DNA of 64,000 nucleotides, taken from contig NC_081333.1 of the NCBI RefSeq assembly GCF_022539665.2, positions 12,772,001-12,836,000 on the forward strand, in the 5' to 3' direction. A model generated the notes under the pieces. The model ran no database searches and had not been told where the DNA came from. It saw only the letters and a program-made list of their open reading frames with translations. The stretch comes from Daphnia carinata (taxonomy: Eukaryota). This document shows positions 24,084 to 36,606 of the stretch, in pieces. The position numbers were made by a program, and so were the translations under genes. Numbering within the stretch: position 1 is the stretch's first letter; every line of letters starts with the position of its first letter.

Positions 24084-26792
24084 ATGTCGAATGCAGATAC
24101 ACTCATCCATCTCTTCGCTGGCGGGTAAGATTTGTTAGTTTCGGTTCACTTCTTACGTGCCTAGTCGGCTGAAAACTTCTGGCCCCTTTGTGATCCGAAA
24201 TGGCACCAACATCCTTTTCCTTGTTTTAGGCGTAGTAAAAGTAGTGCTACGGCAGAAGAGGGGTGCTTAAATTTAGAATGTATCGTAAGTAAAATGATTT
24301 TGTTTCCTGCCTCCGGCAAAAATGTAGGGGAGATGTTTTTGTCCTTACCTTTTCTACCCATAATTACAATTTGATGTTTAACCATTTTACTATCTCTTTT
24401 CTTTTAAACTAGTTTCACCTTCTTGCTTCTAAAATGCAAATGTATTTTCAGCTGTTTCCTAGATGATTATCATCTTTGTCTTTTGCTCCTATTTTTGAGT
24501 CATCGAACTGTATTGAACACAAAATCTTTGAATTACAAGTAAATTCTTTTTACCCCATCATTTGTGGTTAGCAATTTCAACTCTTAAAATAAACCATTTT
24601 TTGGTTATGTAACACCTATTTTTTTTTTATTTAAGACGCTTTTGGTCAGACAGTGGACGCATTGACCCGTTCCCAAGACACGTACGACTCGCCTTTTAAT
24701 ATATTTTGCTTTTATGTTATTGCAGGGTTGGCGGAACAGTGGGAGCCATCGTGACTTGCCCACTTGAAGTCATAAAAACTCGCCTGCAATCTTCTTCCTG
24801 CGAAGTCCAATCCAATGCAGTGCGTACCCTACGAACGGCCACCGCATCAAACGCAGGATGTAACGCAAGTCACATGTATTTTACTCCAGAAATGAACTGG
24901 AACGTCTATTACCATCATCAGCAATGTACGTCGATTAATTCGCGATTGGCAGTTTTCCCTGAATCCGTCCTACAATGGCAGGCTTCGACTTCCTCTGCTC
25001 AACCGAAAGGGGCCCTCTCCTGTTTTCGGTAAAAATTCTATGAAACAAATAGGAACGGCATATGCAATTCCCTTAGTACTTCAATTGACTTGTTTACCTG
25101 CCCCCAATAAAATAGATAAAAGGAGAACTATGGAACGAGATATGCTATTTATTGTTGTTTCAATAACGAAACATTTTTGTTTTATTGAAAAACTAAATTT
25201 TTAACTATCAAATTTTTAACTTTCTCACGTAGGCACTTGATCGAGCAAGAAGGGTGCCGCGCGCTGTTCAAAGGTTTGGGACCCAATCTCATTGGAGTGG
25301 CGCCCACCCGAGCTTTGTATTTTTGCACCTATTCAACGGCCAAACGGAAATTCAACCAGATAATGACGCCTGATTCTCACCTTGTTCATATGTGTTCGGC
25401 CGGTTCTGCAGGTAAAAAATCAATATCATACTACTCGGCAGCAGACAATTTCTCTTTTCGTGACTAGTCGGGGTTGGTTCTTTAGCCACACCTTTCGGGG
25501 AAAGAAGGACGGCCTTGTATTAGTTTTAGTTTTCAGTACGTGTAGGGACATTTTTAAAGTGTCAATCGCTTTGGCACTTTCTTGGACAAATTCGTATCTG
25601 AGTTTTGTACTGCAATTAACAAAACAAAAAGAAAAAGTAGCTTTAGGAATAAAATATCCATTGAACACCATTGACTGCTTTCATAAGAGCATAAATACCG
25701 TATGCAGGACACGAACAAAGGGTTAAGAAACTAGACGTATTCAACTCAGTCATATCTTTCTTTCCTTTTTCCGTATTAAACGTGATTCACACTTACAATT
25801 TATCTCTCAGTCTGTTGCGTCGTCTCTCAACCCCACCTACTTTCGGAAAATGTCTGGGATATTTTTAAAAACTCCAAGCGGTCCACGTGTACATGGCGTG
25901 TTCACGTCGACCCGCAAAGGCTTGGGCTTGCTCCAAGGTTTTGCTGAGCTTGCTTTTGAATACATTATCGCTAGGGCACTATTACGTAGTCCACCTATAT
26001 AGCCGCCCAACATTCGCGGACATGGCGCATTTTCCCGTTTCGGCCTTGGGACGGTTAAGGAACTTTGTCTACGTCATTCGCAAATTCAAAAAATCCATAA
26101 ATTATAGATCTTTTTTTTTCGATAAAGGTTTCGTGTCTTGCACTCTAACCAACCCAATTTGGTTCGTCAAAACTCGGCTGCAGCTCAATCGCAATAGAAA
26201 TGTCACGGCTTGGCAGTGCATTGCCAACATCTACCGCAGTCAGGTGATTACCTAGAAGTGCTTGTTACGTAACACGTTCATCTCGTCAAATCTTATTTTA
26301 AAATGTTTATCTTTTTAGGGTATGGTCGGTTTTTACCGAGGCATCACAGCTTCATATTTTGGCATCTCAGGTAACTCAATATTCTTGGTATGGAAGTGAG
26401 ATCGGAGGATTAATGTTTCATCTTATGTGATTACAGAAACCATTATTAAGTTTGTACTTTACGAGTACCTCAAAGTGACCCTACAGCAGTGGCGGGAAAC
26501 ACAAGCAGACAGTTCGATGAGCAACTATGTTGCGCTTGATTACATGATAGCTGGGGCCATCAGTAAAACAATGGCTTGTAGTCTTTCATACCCTCATGAA
26601 GTTGTTAGGACCAGATTGCGTGAAGAAAATTCGCGCTATAGAGGATTTTTTCAGACGTTGCACACAGTCTTCCGAGAGGAAGGCTACAGAGGACTCTATC
26701 GTGGACTGTCGACTCAGTTGGTGCGTCAGATTCCCAATACGGCCATCATGATGACCACTTATGAAGCTGTAGTTTACCTGCTCAAGAGGTAA
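24084..26792 (+). CDS. SLC25A36: Mitochondrial pyrimidine nucleotide carrier (SLC25A33/36, Rim2-like)
   Basis: [97 protein letters not shown]. Confidence 0.92.
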
Positions 26793-27373
26793 CTTTTAAA
26801 GAAAAAATACTAAATGATAGTTCAAAAATTATTCATACTAATTCTTACAGTTTGGTTGACGATAAAAGATATACCGAATCAGAATAAAAACGAATATTCC
26901 GGTCGGTGCTTCAAGTCTCCACACATGTAATCTCCCTTTGCCCCAGTTATTTTTCATCCCCTTGTGTCTCGCGCAAAATACGGAATTGTGATAGTTATTC
27001 TGACTGTTTAGAGGTGCCTTTTTTCCTAGCTCCGTTGAAAAAAAAAAACTTAGAAAAAAAAAAAATATGTAAAGATCTTGTACAGTATGACTAGTCATTC
27101 GTTATTCACTAGTTATTTTGCGCCATATATCGATCATGCTACAATATTGAAATGTACAAAATGTACTTCCATTACAAACCTTGGAAGAATTCTTAATAAA
27201 TTTGTTTTAAAATCGTTTGATGGAATTATGATCTTATTATATGGATACAACGACCAGCCACCTAAAATATATTCAGTCATCAATTAATGAGTCGACAAAA
27301 CAAATTGTGGATCAAATATCAGGCTTCATTTTGACGATTCTTCTACTTAAAACATCTATAACCAACCACATGA

Positions 27374-28640
27374 TTAGATTCCACCGCCTTTGGCGTTCTT
27401 CAGACCGAGAATATGTTGCTTGTAAAACGTGTTCATCTGTTCAAGGAAAATAAAGGTGAGTACAGTGTGCGGACCAATGCGAGCGTAGTATGGCGTGAAT
27501 CCTTTCCACAGGGCAAAGATACCCTCGGTGCGCACTACACGACCTAAGACATCAACTGCACCCTTGTATTCTGGCTTGCCGTCAATAAACCTCATGTTCT
27601 GAAGTCTAAATAAATGTCAAAATTATTAGTTAATCAGCATTTCCAATAAAGGGAATCTGTCACCTACCTAGTTTTGGCAATGTCGACGGGCATGGATGCG
27701 GCCGTCGTAACAAGGCCGCTAATCATGGAAGCCCAAAAGTGAAGAACGACGTTTTCGCTAAAATAGCCTAAAGTAAACGGCGATTTTTTTGTTATCATTA
27801 TTACTATTTTTGAAATTCACTTGTAGAAAGTAACCCCGCTTACCGGTTGACATTAGAGATTGCTTGGCTTGGGAATATGAGGCAAGTTGGGCAGCATTAA
27901 CCACCATGGCTCTCGCCATGGTTGGTATCGCTCCTCTCCAAAGTGTGAATAATCCTTCTTCTCTAAGCATCCTAACCAATGCATCACCTACATGCTTGTA
28001 ATTCCTTCTGTCTGCCTCTGGCAATCTTCCATCTGCTGTCATACGAATAAGGGCAACCTAAAAAGTACTTCAGAAATTAAAGATGTTGTTACCATGGGCA
28101 TTTTTCTACTAAAATTACTTCTGCTGGAGTTCCCACAAATGCTCCAACTACTCCTGCTGCCATTCCAAGAACAGCTTTCGTAGCAAAACCAGGTGGTTTA
28201 CCATCAGGACTGTATAAAAAATAAGATAACTTCAATGAAGTACAAAGCCCAAGATATAGTATGTAGAACTTTCAACCTGCTCATTGAGTCAAAAAGCCAT
28301 GTATAAATCCCAAGCCTAGTAGTGGTGTATGTTGCCTGTCTAAGAAGACCAGCAGATAAACCAGAGTACATTCCAGAAATCCCTTCTTTCAACATAATAG
28401 ATCTGATGGCATGCAAAGTGTTTCTGTGTTCTTTGGCTTTGCCACCTTCACCACTCAACTGCATTCTGTTTTTAATGAGGTCCATCGGTTGGACAAAAAG
28501 TGTTGCAGCCATTCTAAAAACAATAGAAGTTTACTAACAAACTTATTTTATAATAATACCAATAAAAGAAAATTTATGAATTACCCTGACAAACCTCCAA
28601 TGGCAAACCTCACTGGCTTTGGCATCTGAGCTTCACCCAT
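27374..28640 (-). CDS. SLC25A11: Mitochondrial 2-oxoglutarate/malate carrier
   Basis: GGLSG|MAATLFVQPMDLIKNRMQLSG, GLSAGLLRQATYTTTRLG, RMTADGRLP, PTMARAMVVNAAQLASYSQ, WKGFTPYYARIGPHTVLTFIFLEQMN. Confidence 0.95.
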
Positions 28641-29017
28641 TTTTCTTTTCTCTTTTTTTTTTCTTTTCTTCTGGCAGTGAAATACAATAATTTCTTAAAA
28701 CAATAATGCGGAATCAAGAACTGTGAACAGATCTAACACGTAACCCACTCTAGTCCCATAACAGATACCGGACGACAGGGACACTAGAGTCAAACCGAGT
28801 TCATCAAGGGCAACGAATCCCGAGATGACTTGGACATCTACCGGCATGACACAGCATGATATCTACGTTGTCAAAACCATGTCTTTCGGGTTTTTAAATT
28901 TACGAGAAGTGTATTATTTGTATATCTGATTACATAGAAGAAGAAAGTTTCATAAGCGAAAAGTGATTTAGTAGGTGAGAAGAACAAAAAAAAAAAAAAA
29001 AAAGGGTGGCAACCTCT

Positions 29018-32000
29018 CTATCGACGCTTCCTTGTTGATTTCGCTTTCGAACGAGGCGGTGTCGGGGGTATAACATCATCGTCTTCGTCGACACTGGAAA
29101 CGACCGTCGACCTCATGGACCGTGTCCTACGACGAGGAGGGGATTCATCCTGGTTAGGATTCTTGACAACCGTGCTACGTGAATTCCCCTGTTGTCGCGT
29201 TCTTGATGGACCAATTTTCTCACTACTCGTCGTCGAACTTGAAAAGTAAAAAAACCTTATTAAAATGCATCAATATTGTTACACCAGAACGTTTGATCAA
29301 CCGTTACCTTGAGTCCACTTGTTCAACAACGACTTCGGGCGATTTTTTGCACGTTTTCTCTTTTTGAGTGCTTGTCTTTTCGGGACTGAAGAAAACGTCA
29401 GAACATTGAGATATTTCAGCATCGCTCCCTCCAGTAGTGTCCATTAAAAGACTCGCTCCTTGTTTACTGCCCAACATTCGGGTTCTGGTTTTTTTGGACA
29501 ACGATGAAGGTTGGACAACAGGCTCGATTTCCATTTCACAACCATTCACGGTGGAATCAGCTACGTCTTCAGTAGAAGGTGTCAGATGTTTTTTCACGAT
29601 CGCTTCAAACTGTTCGACCAGCCTGATGGAACTTCTTTCTTTCATTTTTCGTAGCATCTTCTGGATAATTGAATGCAAATCGCGGGTATTTGAAGGATTG
29701 GAAAAGGACATGTTCAAGTGCAACAAGGCCTTCAGGTAAACTTTACTTTCATTTGAATCTGGAAATCGCAAAGATTCTGTACAAAGTTTTAAAGCAAGCT
29801 GATCGTGGATAGTGTGATCAACTTCCGGTTTTGAAACCAACAAGCTTTCCTGCACAAAATTAATAATGTTATTCGTTTTTGGCGAAAAAAGATAAAAATT
29901 TGGCATTAGCTTACTTGCGTCAGGTCAACAAAGAACTTGACCACCTGGGTAATATCCATTTCGGCCAACGGTGAAGTGCACGGAGCTTTCTGAATGGTCT
30001 TGATAGTCGGTAGATAAGCAGATTCCAATTGCTGTTGATGTGCTATATCCATAGATGCAAAAAAGGGGAAGAAGACGTGAAGGACTTGACGGAGGCGAAC
30101 ATTTTCTTCCGTCAAAGGATGAAATAGGAAAATAACCAACCGAGAAAGAATCATGCTCGATTCAATCCTGCAAATGGCATCAATAGGGTTAACAAAACGA
30201 AGATAAAATAGCGAAGAACTTGAGAAATAGTTTAATAAAATGTAATCAACCTGGAAGCGATCAACAGTTTTGCAAAACCCTCGACGGCAATAGTCTGAAC
30301 GTCGGCATCTTCATTATCCAACAGGTCGGTTAATACTGAAGCTAAAGATGTGCCGCTTTCTTGGTCTTCAAAACTCTGAAATCAGTAACATTTCTTATCA
30401 AAGGTCTCAAAATAAACCAATTGAACCATAAATGTATTGACTTACAGAAAGGCCAAAAAGTTGCACGAGATCGAAGAGCACCTTGGCCGTTGTGATTTGA
30501 AGTACCTGATGATCCATTTGAACTGCTTGCACAAACAGAAGCAAACGTTGTTGAGCTAGCTCCAAGTCGCACGTACAAAGGCAACCCAAAGCTTCGAAAG
30601 CCGCATTACGGACAGCTGGATCGATTCGTTCAACGCACGGTAAGATAAGTGATGTTAAAAGCTGGTCTAACTCTTTCGTTAATTTTAGCATCTGCCAAGA
30701 AAGAAATGATAACGCGAGATTAACGATACGTTGATATTTTGTGAAAATAAATTCTGAATGATTATGATTTTAATAATTACTGGCGAATTTTTCAACAATT
30801 CGCAAACAATGCTCAGGCATTTTAACAGCGTTAGCGGATCATCTCTCTCTTCACGAAAAATTTCAACATCGTGGGTAGTGGGCCGACTGCAGAGCTCGTT
30901 TAGTTTGGTCTCTAGAATGACAATATTCTGTTTGATCTCTTGAGCGCCAACAAAGTTTTGTTTTTCAACCGCCTGTTCAAGTTCCTCTTTTAACTCATTG
31001 AGCTGAACTCTACATTGCGCAATCTGCGGAAAACAACAACAAAACAAAACACTTTAAACAGAATTGTACATTGTTGGGGTTTCTAAACTATCAATTCACC
31101 TCTAATTTGTTTTTGCGTTGCTCTGCCTCGGGGATAAGAACTTCTGCTTGGGTTAACGGTTCGCGTAGTTCCGAAATCACTTCAAGTAATTTGGTAATAC
31201 GAACGTCTAAATTGGGCTCAATAAGACTAATGCATTTCACCATTGTACGTGTCAACGATGGACTTGTCTTTTCATTTTGTAAAAGTTCGCAGAGGTCGCG
31301 TCGGAAGTTTAGGCGACCCGCTTCATCGGCAAGATCAAAGTACTGTGCCATCTCCAATAATTTTCCAACAGTAAACTCCATACTTAAGACCTATTAAAAT
31401 AATTGATTTACACTGGCATATACTTGAAATATATATTTTTAAGTTACCTCCATTTCGTCTTTTTCAGCAAGCTTTGCTGTCACGAAATCTTTCACATATT
31501 TCCCAAAAGCTGTCATTTCGGGCATTATCGTCTCCAGTACGTCTGCCGCATGGACTCCCTCACTATGAAGGTAACCGACTGCCGTACACCAATATAGAGC
31601 CACTTCTGGTTTCAGAGTGTCGATGGTGACCAATTTTTCATCGTCCATTGGCAATTGAGTTGTTATCTCCTTGTAGTTTAGCGTCTTCAACCAGACTTGA
31701 AGAACTTTGACTGCAATATCACTGCAGCCTTCTACATCTAAACCGCGGAGAAAATTGAAAATGGAGCCCTCCATTGCAGTGATCCACGCAGGAATAAGTT
31801 TATTCTGTACCATTGCCGTTACAGCAGGTGATTTGTCGTTAAGACCAAGATTCAATATTGTAACGCGATTAGCGATAGACAACGTCCGGACATGGACTCT
31901 AAATTCAAGAGAAATGGTTAAAGGAGGCAGAAAGGGAAAAATTCAAATTTGCACATACCTTTCGCTAATGAAAATATAGGCCTGTCTCCGGACAAGATCC

Positions 32001-32712
32001 TTGACGTCACGCAACCTTATCAACACGAATTCAAGTGTGAAATAGTTACATCCTAGAGCCTTAAGGACAGCTCGTCGTACCTCGGGATGAGGATCCCTTT
32101 CCAGATGAAAAACCAAAGCCTACGTAAAACGGGAGTAAATAACAAAAATTTTGACAGACTGTTGAGTTGATTTCTAACCTTAATGACAGGGCATTCCTTG
32201 TTAGTGGGATCTTGTAGACGTTGAAGAGCAACAACAGCTTGCACTCTCACAGAGGCAATACGATCTTGAATTCTTTCCAGCATGGCATCATAAATCTTTT
32301 CAAAGAGCTCTGCATTAATGGAGGCAGACTCACTCAATTCTTCTAGCAATCTGTTAATAAACTGGCAAACTCTAAAGCGAACAGCTTGGCTTCTGACATT
32401 ATGTTTCGACAAAATAAAATCGAAGAGCTTTTCATAAAAAGGATGGCAATCAGCATCATCTTCATCAGGGTCTTTTTCCAGTTCAAAAGATGTGGCAAAC
32501 TTGGCAGAGAAATCCAAACACAAGTTAACAGCAGTTTGTCTCTCACCATGAATTAACAGACACTTGAGACAATCAACAAAATCTTGGAAAAACGTATCTA
32601 CATCATCAATTTGGTCATAAACTTTTCTCAGATGTTTCAATAATTTCGGGTGATCAGCAACTGAATGCTGACTTTTGTTAAAGATTTCTGCAATGAGTCT
32701 ATTTCCAACCAT
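29018..32712 (-). CDS. NCAPG: Condensin I subunit CAP-G
   Basis: IAEIFNKSQHS...AVRFRVCQFIN...RIQDRIASVRVQAVVALQRLQDP, DLADEAGR, TIAVEGFAKLLI, RLRQVLHVFFP; S/T-P-rich basic tail; TAG at 29018-29020. Confidence 0.92.
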
Positions 32713-32713
32713 T

Positions 32714-32950
32714 TTACTCAGACAGCATTGGGCATTCAATACTGTTTAGTTCCGAACTTATATCAGGAAGCGGATCTTTCCAGTACAGGTACGAGTTGAA
32801 TATAGTGTCAAGCTGTTCTTTATCGGTATCGGCTTCCTCGTTTGTTATTTCGATTCGGGGTTGCTTGCTGGGAGGAGGAGGCGTACTACACTCCGATTTT
32901 CGTTTCGATGAAAAATTTTCTTTCAATTCCAATGATTTAGATGAAAGCAT
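32714..32950 (-). CDS. 78-aa microprotein with WRNPLPNID-type motif (AF1q/C9orf40-like) directly upstream of NCAPG
   Basis: Intronless ATG-TAA ORF containing FNSYLYWKDPLPDIS, a basic NLS-like KRKSE..KQPR segment and STPPPP; stop is 1 nt before the NCAPG ATG. Confidence 0.7.
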   Translation of the reverse strand: MLSSKSLELKENFSSKRKSECSTPPPPSKQPRIEITNEEADTDKEQLDTIFNSYLYWKDPLPDISSELNSIECPMLSE

Positions 32951-33144
32951 TGGGAAAAGTACGGAGACTCAAAGAAACAGTTTTCGTATTTATATAAAAT
33001 CACTCAGTACACAATCGAAAACACGACGTTAACGGCCGCCTAAATTTTTTTAAAGCTTTAAAGCAAATCTCTAGCGACTGTATGGTTGACACAGTTGCCA
33101 ACTTCCAGAATTTTATAAATTACGCTTCCGAAACCGAAAAGCAG

Positions 33145-33301
33145 GGGCTCCGACCCGGTCTACCCATGGGTTACCCGCTGCAAACTTATAACCAGAAGGT
33201 ACTGGCGCGAAAGTAGAAACCAAAAAAGAGAAAAAAGTTATTTGCACCAGTTGCTTCCGGTACAAAACGGGTAAACTATGGGTAGACCGGGAGCGGAGCT
33301 C
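33145..33301. repeat. Imperfect inverted repeat in the NCAPG/ANAPC5 bidirectional promoter, containing an E2F site
   Basis: CCCGGTCTACCCATGGGTTACCCG (33154-33177) versus CGGGTAAACTATGGGTAGACCGGG (33268-33291), with weaker inner arms; GGCGCGAAA (= TTTCGCGCC) at ~33204-33212. Confidence 0.8.
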
Positions 33302-33533
33302 TTTAAAAAAGTTATTTCGAAGCTGAAAAATAAACAATGCAAAATTTTCTACGATCAAAGGATGTATCTTTCACTTTAAAAAACATTGCAAATGTATGAT
33401 AAATGAGGTTCAATGAGATTTCAATTCAAATTTCAATTTTATGTTTTAGATTGCTAAGAAGTGGAACGCAACGCCGCAACATACAACCAGTCTGCTTGTT
33501 ATTTTCATATGCATAATTTCAAAAGTTTTTGCC

Positions 33534-35932
33534 ATGGCGGCGCGAGAAAGTCTTCCGCTGACTTCATTCAAATTGGGATACGACGACCGTGTCAGTCCTT
33601 TCAAAATTGCTGTTCTCGTTTTTATTCGTGAGTATTGCACGGCGCGTTTAGCCCAGCTAGGCATGTCTCCACATTCCTACTACAACTCCATCCCTCCCTT
33701 TTCATCTCAGCAGTGCAAAGATTTCTGCCTGCTTTCACTTGAGCTCATCCAATGCTATGATGTTACATGGGAAGATTTTGAAATTATTCTTGAACCAGGA
33801 CACTACAATCTTAGTACCAAAATCATTTCAGAATTCACCCGAAGTTTGCACCAGATTGTAAAAGATGGAGCTTCAGGACTACTTGATCTCGGAGAAAGTT
33901 TAGAAAAACTTCTTATGGAGCCAGCTAAAGGTAAACCTATGATCAGAAAAGACAGTGTGTTGGGAATTTTCATCAGGAAAATGGTGCTGCAGATGGACAG
34001 AATGACATTTGAAGCCACTGTAGAGCTGAGCAATAACCTTGCCACATACCTCGACAAGTCCAACAAAAGTGAAGACCCTCTAGAATTGGTCCAAGTGTCT
34101 AGGAAACAAGCGGAGTTGCTTGTGTCACAACAGTTAACCATGCTACAAAGGAATGAAAGTTTGGCTCATAGCCCAGTAAACCTTCAGAAAATCATTGATC
34201 GGATTCTGCATGAAAACAAGGATTTTGCAGAGGCCAATTTCCTGGCACATCTTAATGAAATGAGATGCCAGGATTTTGGACAGGCTGAAAAAAGGCTTCA
34301 CCAGTCTTATGACCAAGGAACCATTTCCATTGAAGGCCTTATTCATTCGAAATTAGAAGACAATTTAATGAATAACAAGACATTTCGCCACGCGTCACTA
34401 AACATGGCCTTTTTGCATGCTTCTTTTGGACACCATGAGTTGGCAGTAACGGCTTTGTGCGAGACGGTAGCCTTGTCAGGTGAGGCAGCTGACCATACCT
34501 GCCTTCAAGAGTCACTGGCATGGTTTTGCCACCTAGAAGAAAATCCTGAAATGCGCCTGAAGATGATGGAGCGCCTTGTAACCAAATCTAGTGAATCTAA
34601 CTTACATTACCTGGCATCACTTGGTTTAGCAATGTGGACTCAAGATTGTACTCTGGCCGGGGTAGAACCTAAAAGAATATTTGAATATCTGCATACCAAT
34701 GACGTGGCTAATTGCCAGCATTCGCTCACAGATATGACATTAACTTGTTTGGCTTTAAGAGCAGCAATTTGGAATTTCTACGGCTACCCTCGAAACGCCT
34801 TACAGGTAAAAGAATATCCCGCATTATTGACTTTTTCATATCATTCATAGTTTCCCTTAAGGTATCTCAGTTATTACTTACGCTGCACACCGGGGACCCA
34901 ACAAAAGGCAATATCTATTACAATAACGAGCACATGCACATGGCGGTTTGTAACATTGCCCTACATCTTTCGCGACAAGGACGTTATGCTGATGCGGAAT
35001 CGATCACCAAGTTTGCTGCTGGCCAGTACGCTAATTGTCAACAACATTCACAAGTATGGAAGATGACAGATTTGCACGTGACCTTCTATCGAACACTTTG
35101 GCTTGGCCAATGGGATAAAGCTGAACTAATTATTTCCCAGCTTGCTGTGTTTAATCGTTCTGAGAGCCTAGCAAAAATGGCGCATTTAATGTTGTGCAAG
35201 GGGGATACGTGTCAAGGAAAATTAGTGTTGAACAGTTTAGAAGAGAGGCTGTCGAACGCTAAAGAACCCAATAATCATCGAATGCCAAATCCAGGATGGA
35301 GAATGGGTCAGAAACTAAGACTTCAAGTTCAGTCGATGATGCTTCGCTCCGTGCTTCTTTCAGCTCGTCAGAATTTTGTCGAAGCATTGTTGCAAATCAG
35401 CCAAGCCTTGGATATTTGCAAGAAACACCATATGAACCTTCAGTTAGCATTGGTCGGGATGCAATCAGCAGAAATCCAGGTGCTTTTCATTTAAATATTT
35501 AATTTAAAATGTTTCAAATTGATCATGATTTTTCATTTCTAGTTGATGATGAACTATACTGCAAATGCGTTAGACCTAGTACGCAAACATATCAATATTA
35601 TCTACACGCATGGGTCATTGTTCGAGCAGGGAATGTCTATATTTTTATTAGCTAGGTGCTTGCTTGCTGAAACCGGGACAAAGTTATGCGATTCCATGGA
35701 ATTCAAAAGCAAGAAAACGGAGATCTTTCCACTGTTGACTCGAGCCAAAAAAATATTTAATCAAATCGAAGCTTTCCATCACGCCAAGGACGTTGTGTTT
35801 CTAGAAGCGCTTCTCTATCACCATCTGGGTTACGAGAAAGAGAGAAACACCCGAGCCATGCTTTTCAAACAGCTCGACGAATTGTACCCGCTCAAAACAT
35901 CTAATAACATTCATATTTTCATTGGTCTCTAA
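33534..35932 (+). CDS. ANAPC5: Anaphase-promoting complex subunit 5, 3 exons
   Basis: VSPFKIAVLVFI, SVLGIFIRKMVLQMDRMTF, VSRKQAELLVSQQLTML, AEANFLAHLN, FRHASLNMAFLHASFGH, DHTCLQ, LYHHLGYEKERNTRAMLFKQL. Confidence 0.92.
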
Positions 35933-36606
35933 TCTCTTGTTTATATCGAAATACAATCCTGTTACTCTAATATATGTCCAGCCCTCTTTCACTGTACATA
36001 CAGTATATCTATGTAGGGTATGGATCAGTCTCCGCATGGAGTATCGAATGACACAACAACTGACAGAGCCCACAAACGATAGGATCATAGGAATAGTTTT
36101 AAAATTCGGTATAATAAAAATCCTCGTCGCAAAATTAGTCAATTTGTCTAGAAAAGTTCCAGTGAATTCGTAAGATTTTAAGGAAAACGAAAATAGAGTT
36201 TCTGAATTTGTTGTTTGCAGAAAGGCAACGTTGGTGTCGAGCCGAGAATACAGTACAGCCTACAGGGGGAGACGGGTAGCGACAGAAATTTGGCTCGAAG
36301 ATAGCTGTCATGGCGTCCGTGCAGTAGTTGGGGGAAGGAATATTTTCCGTTCCTATTGGAAATCCGGATTAAAATTTTCCCTAACAGTTCTTTTGAAACC
36401 CGTTCCTTTATTCTATTTTTTTGTTTTAGTTGTATGTGCTGTGAATGGATTACTCATTTGCTCATATGTTAGGGTAAGTCAAAAGTCAACATTAGGTCCT
36501 TTGTTTGTTATTAATGGGTTTTCTGGTTCCGGCTTGAAGGAAAGTTTAACGTAAACTGTGCTGTATCGCCGTGTCATGGAAAAATTCCATATTGAGTCAT
36601 TCAACA

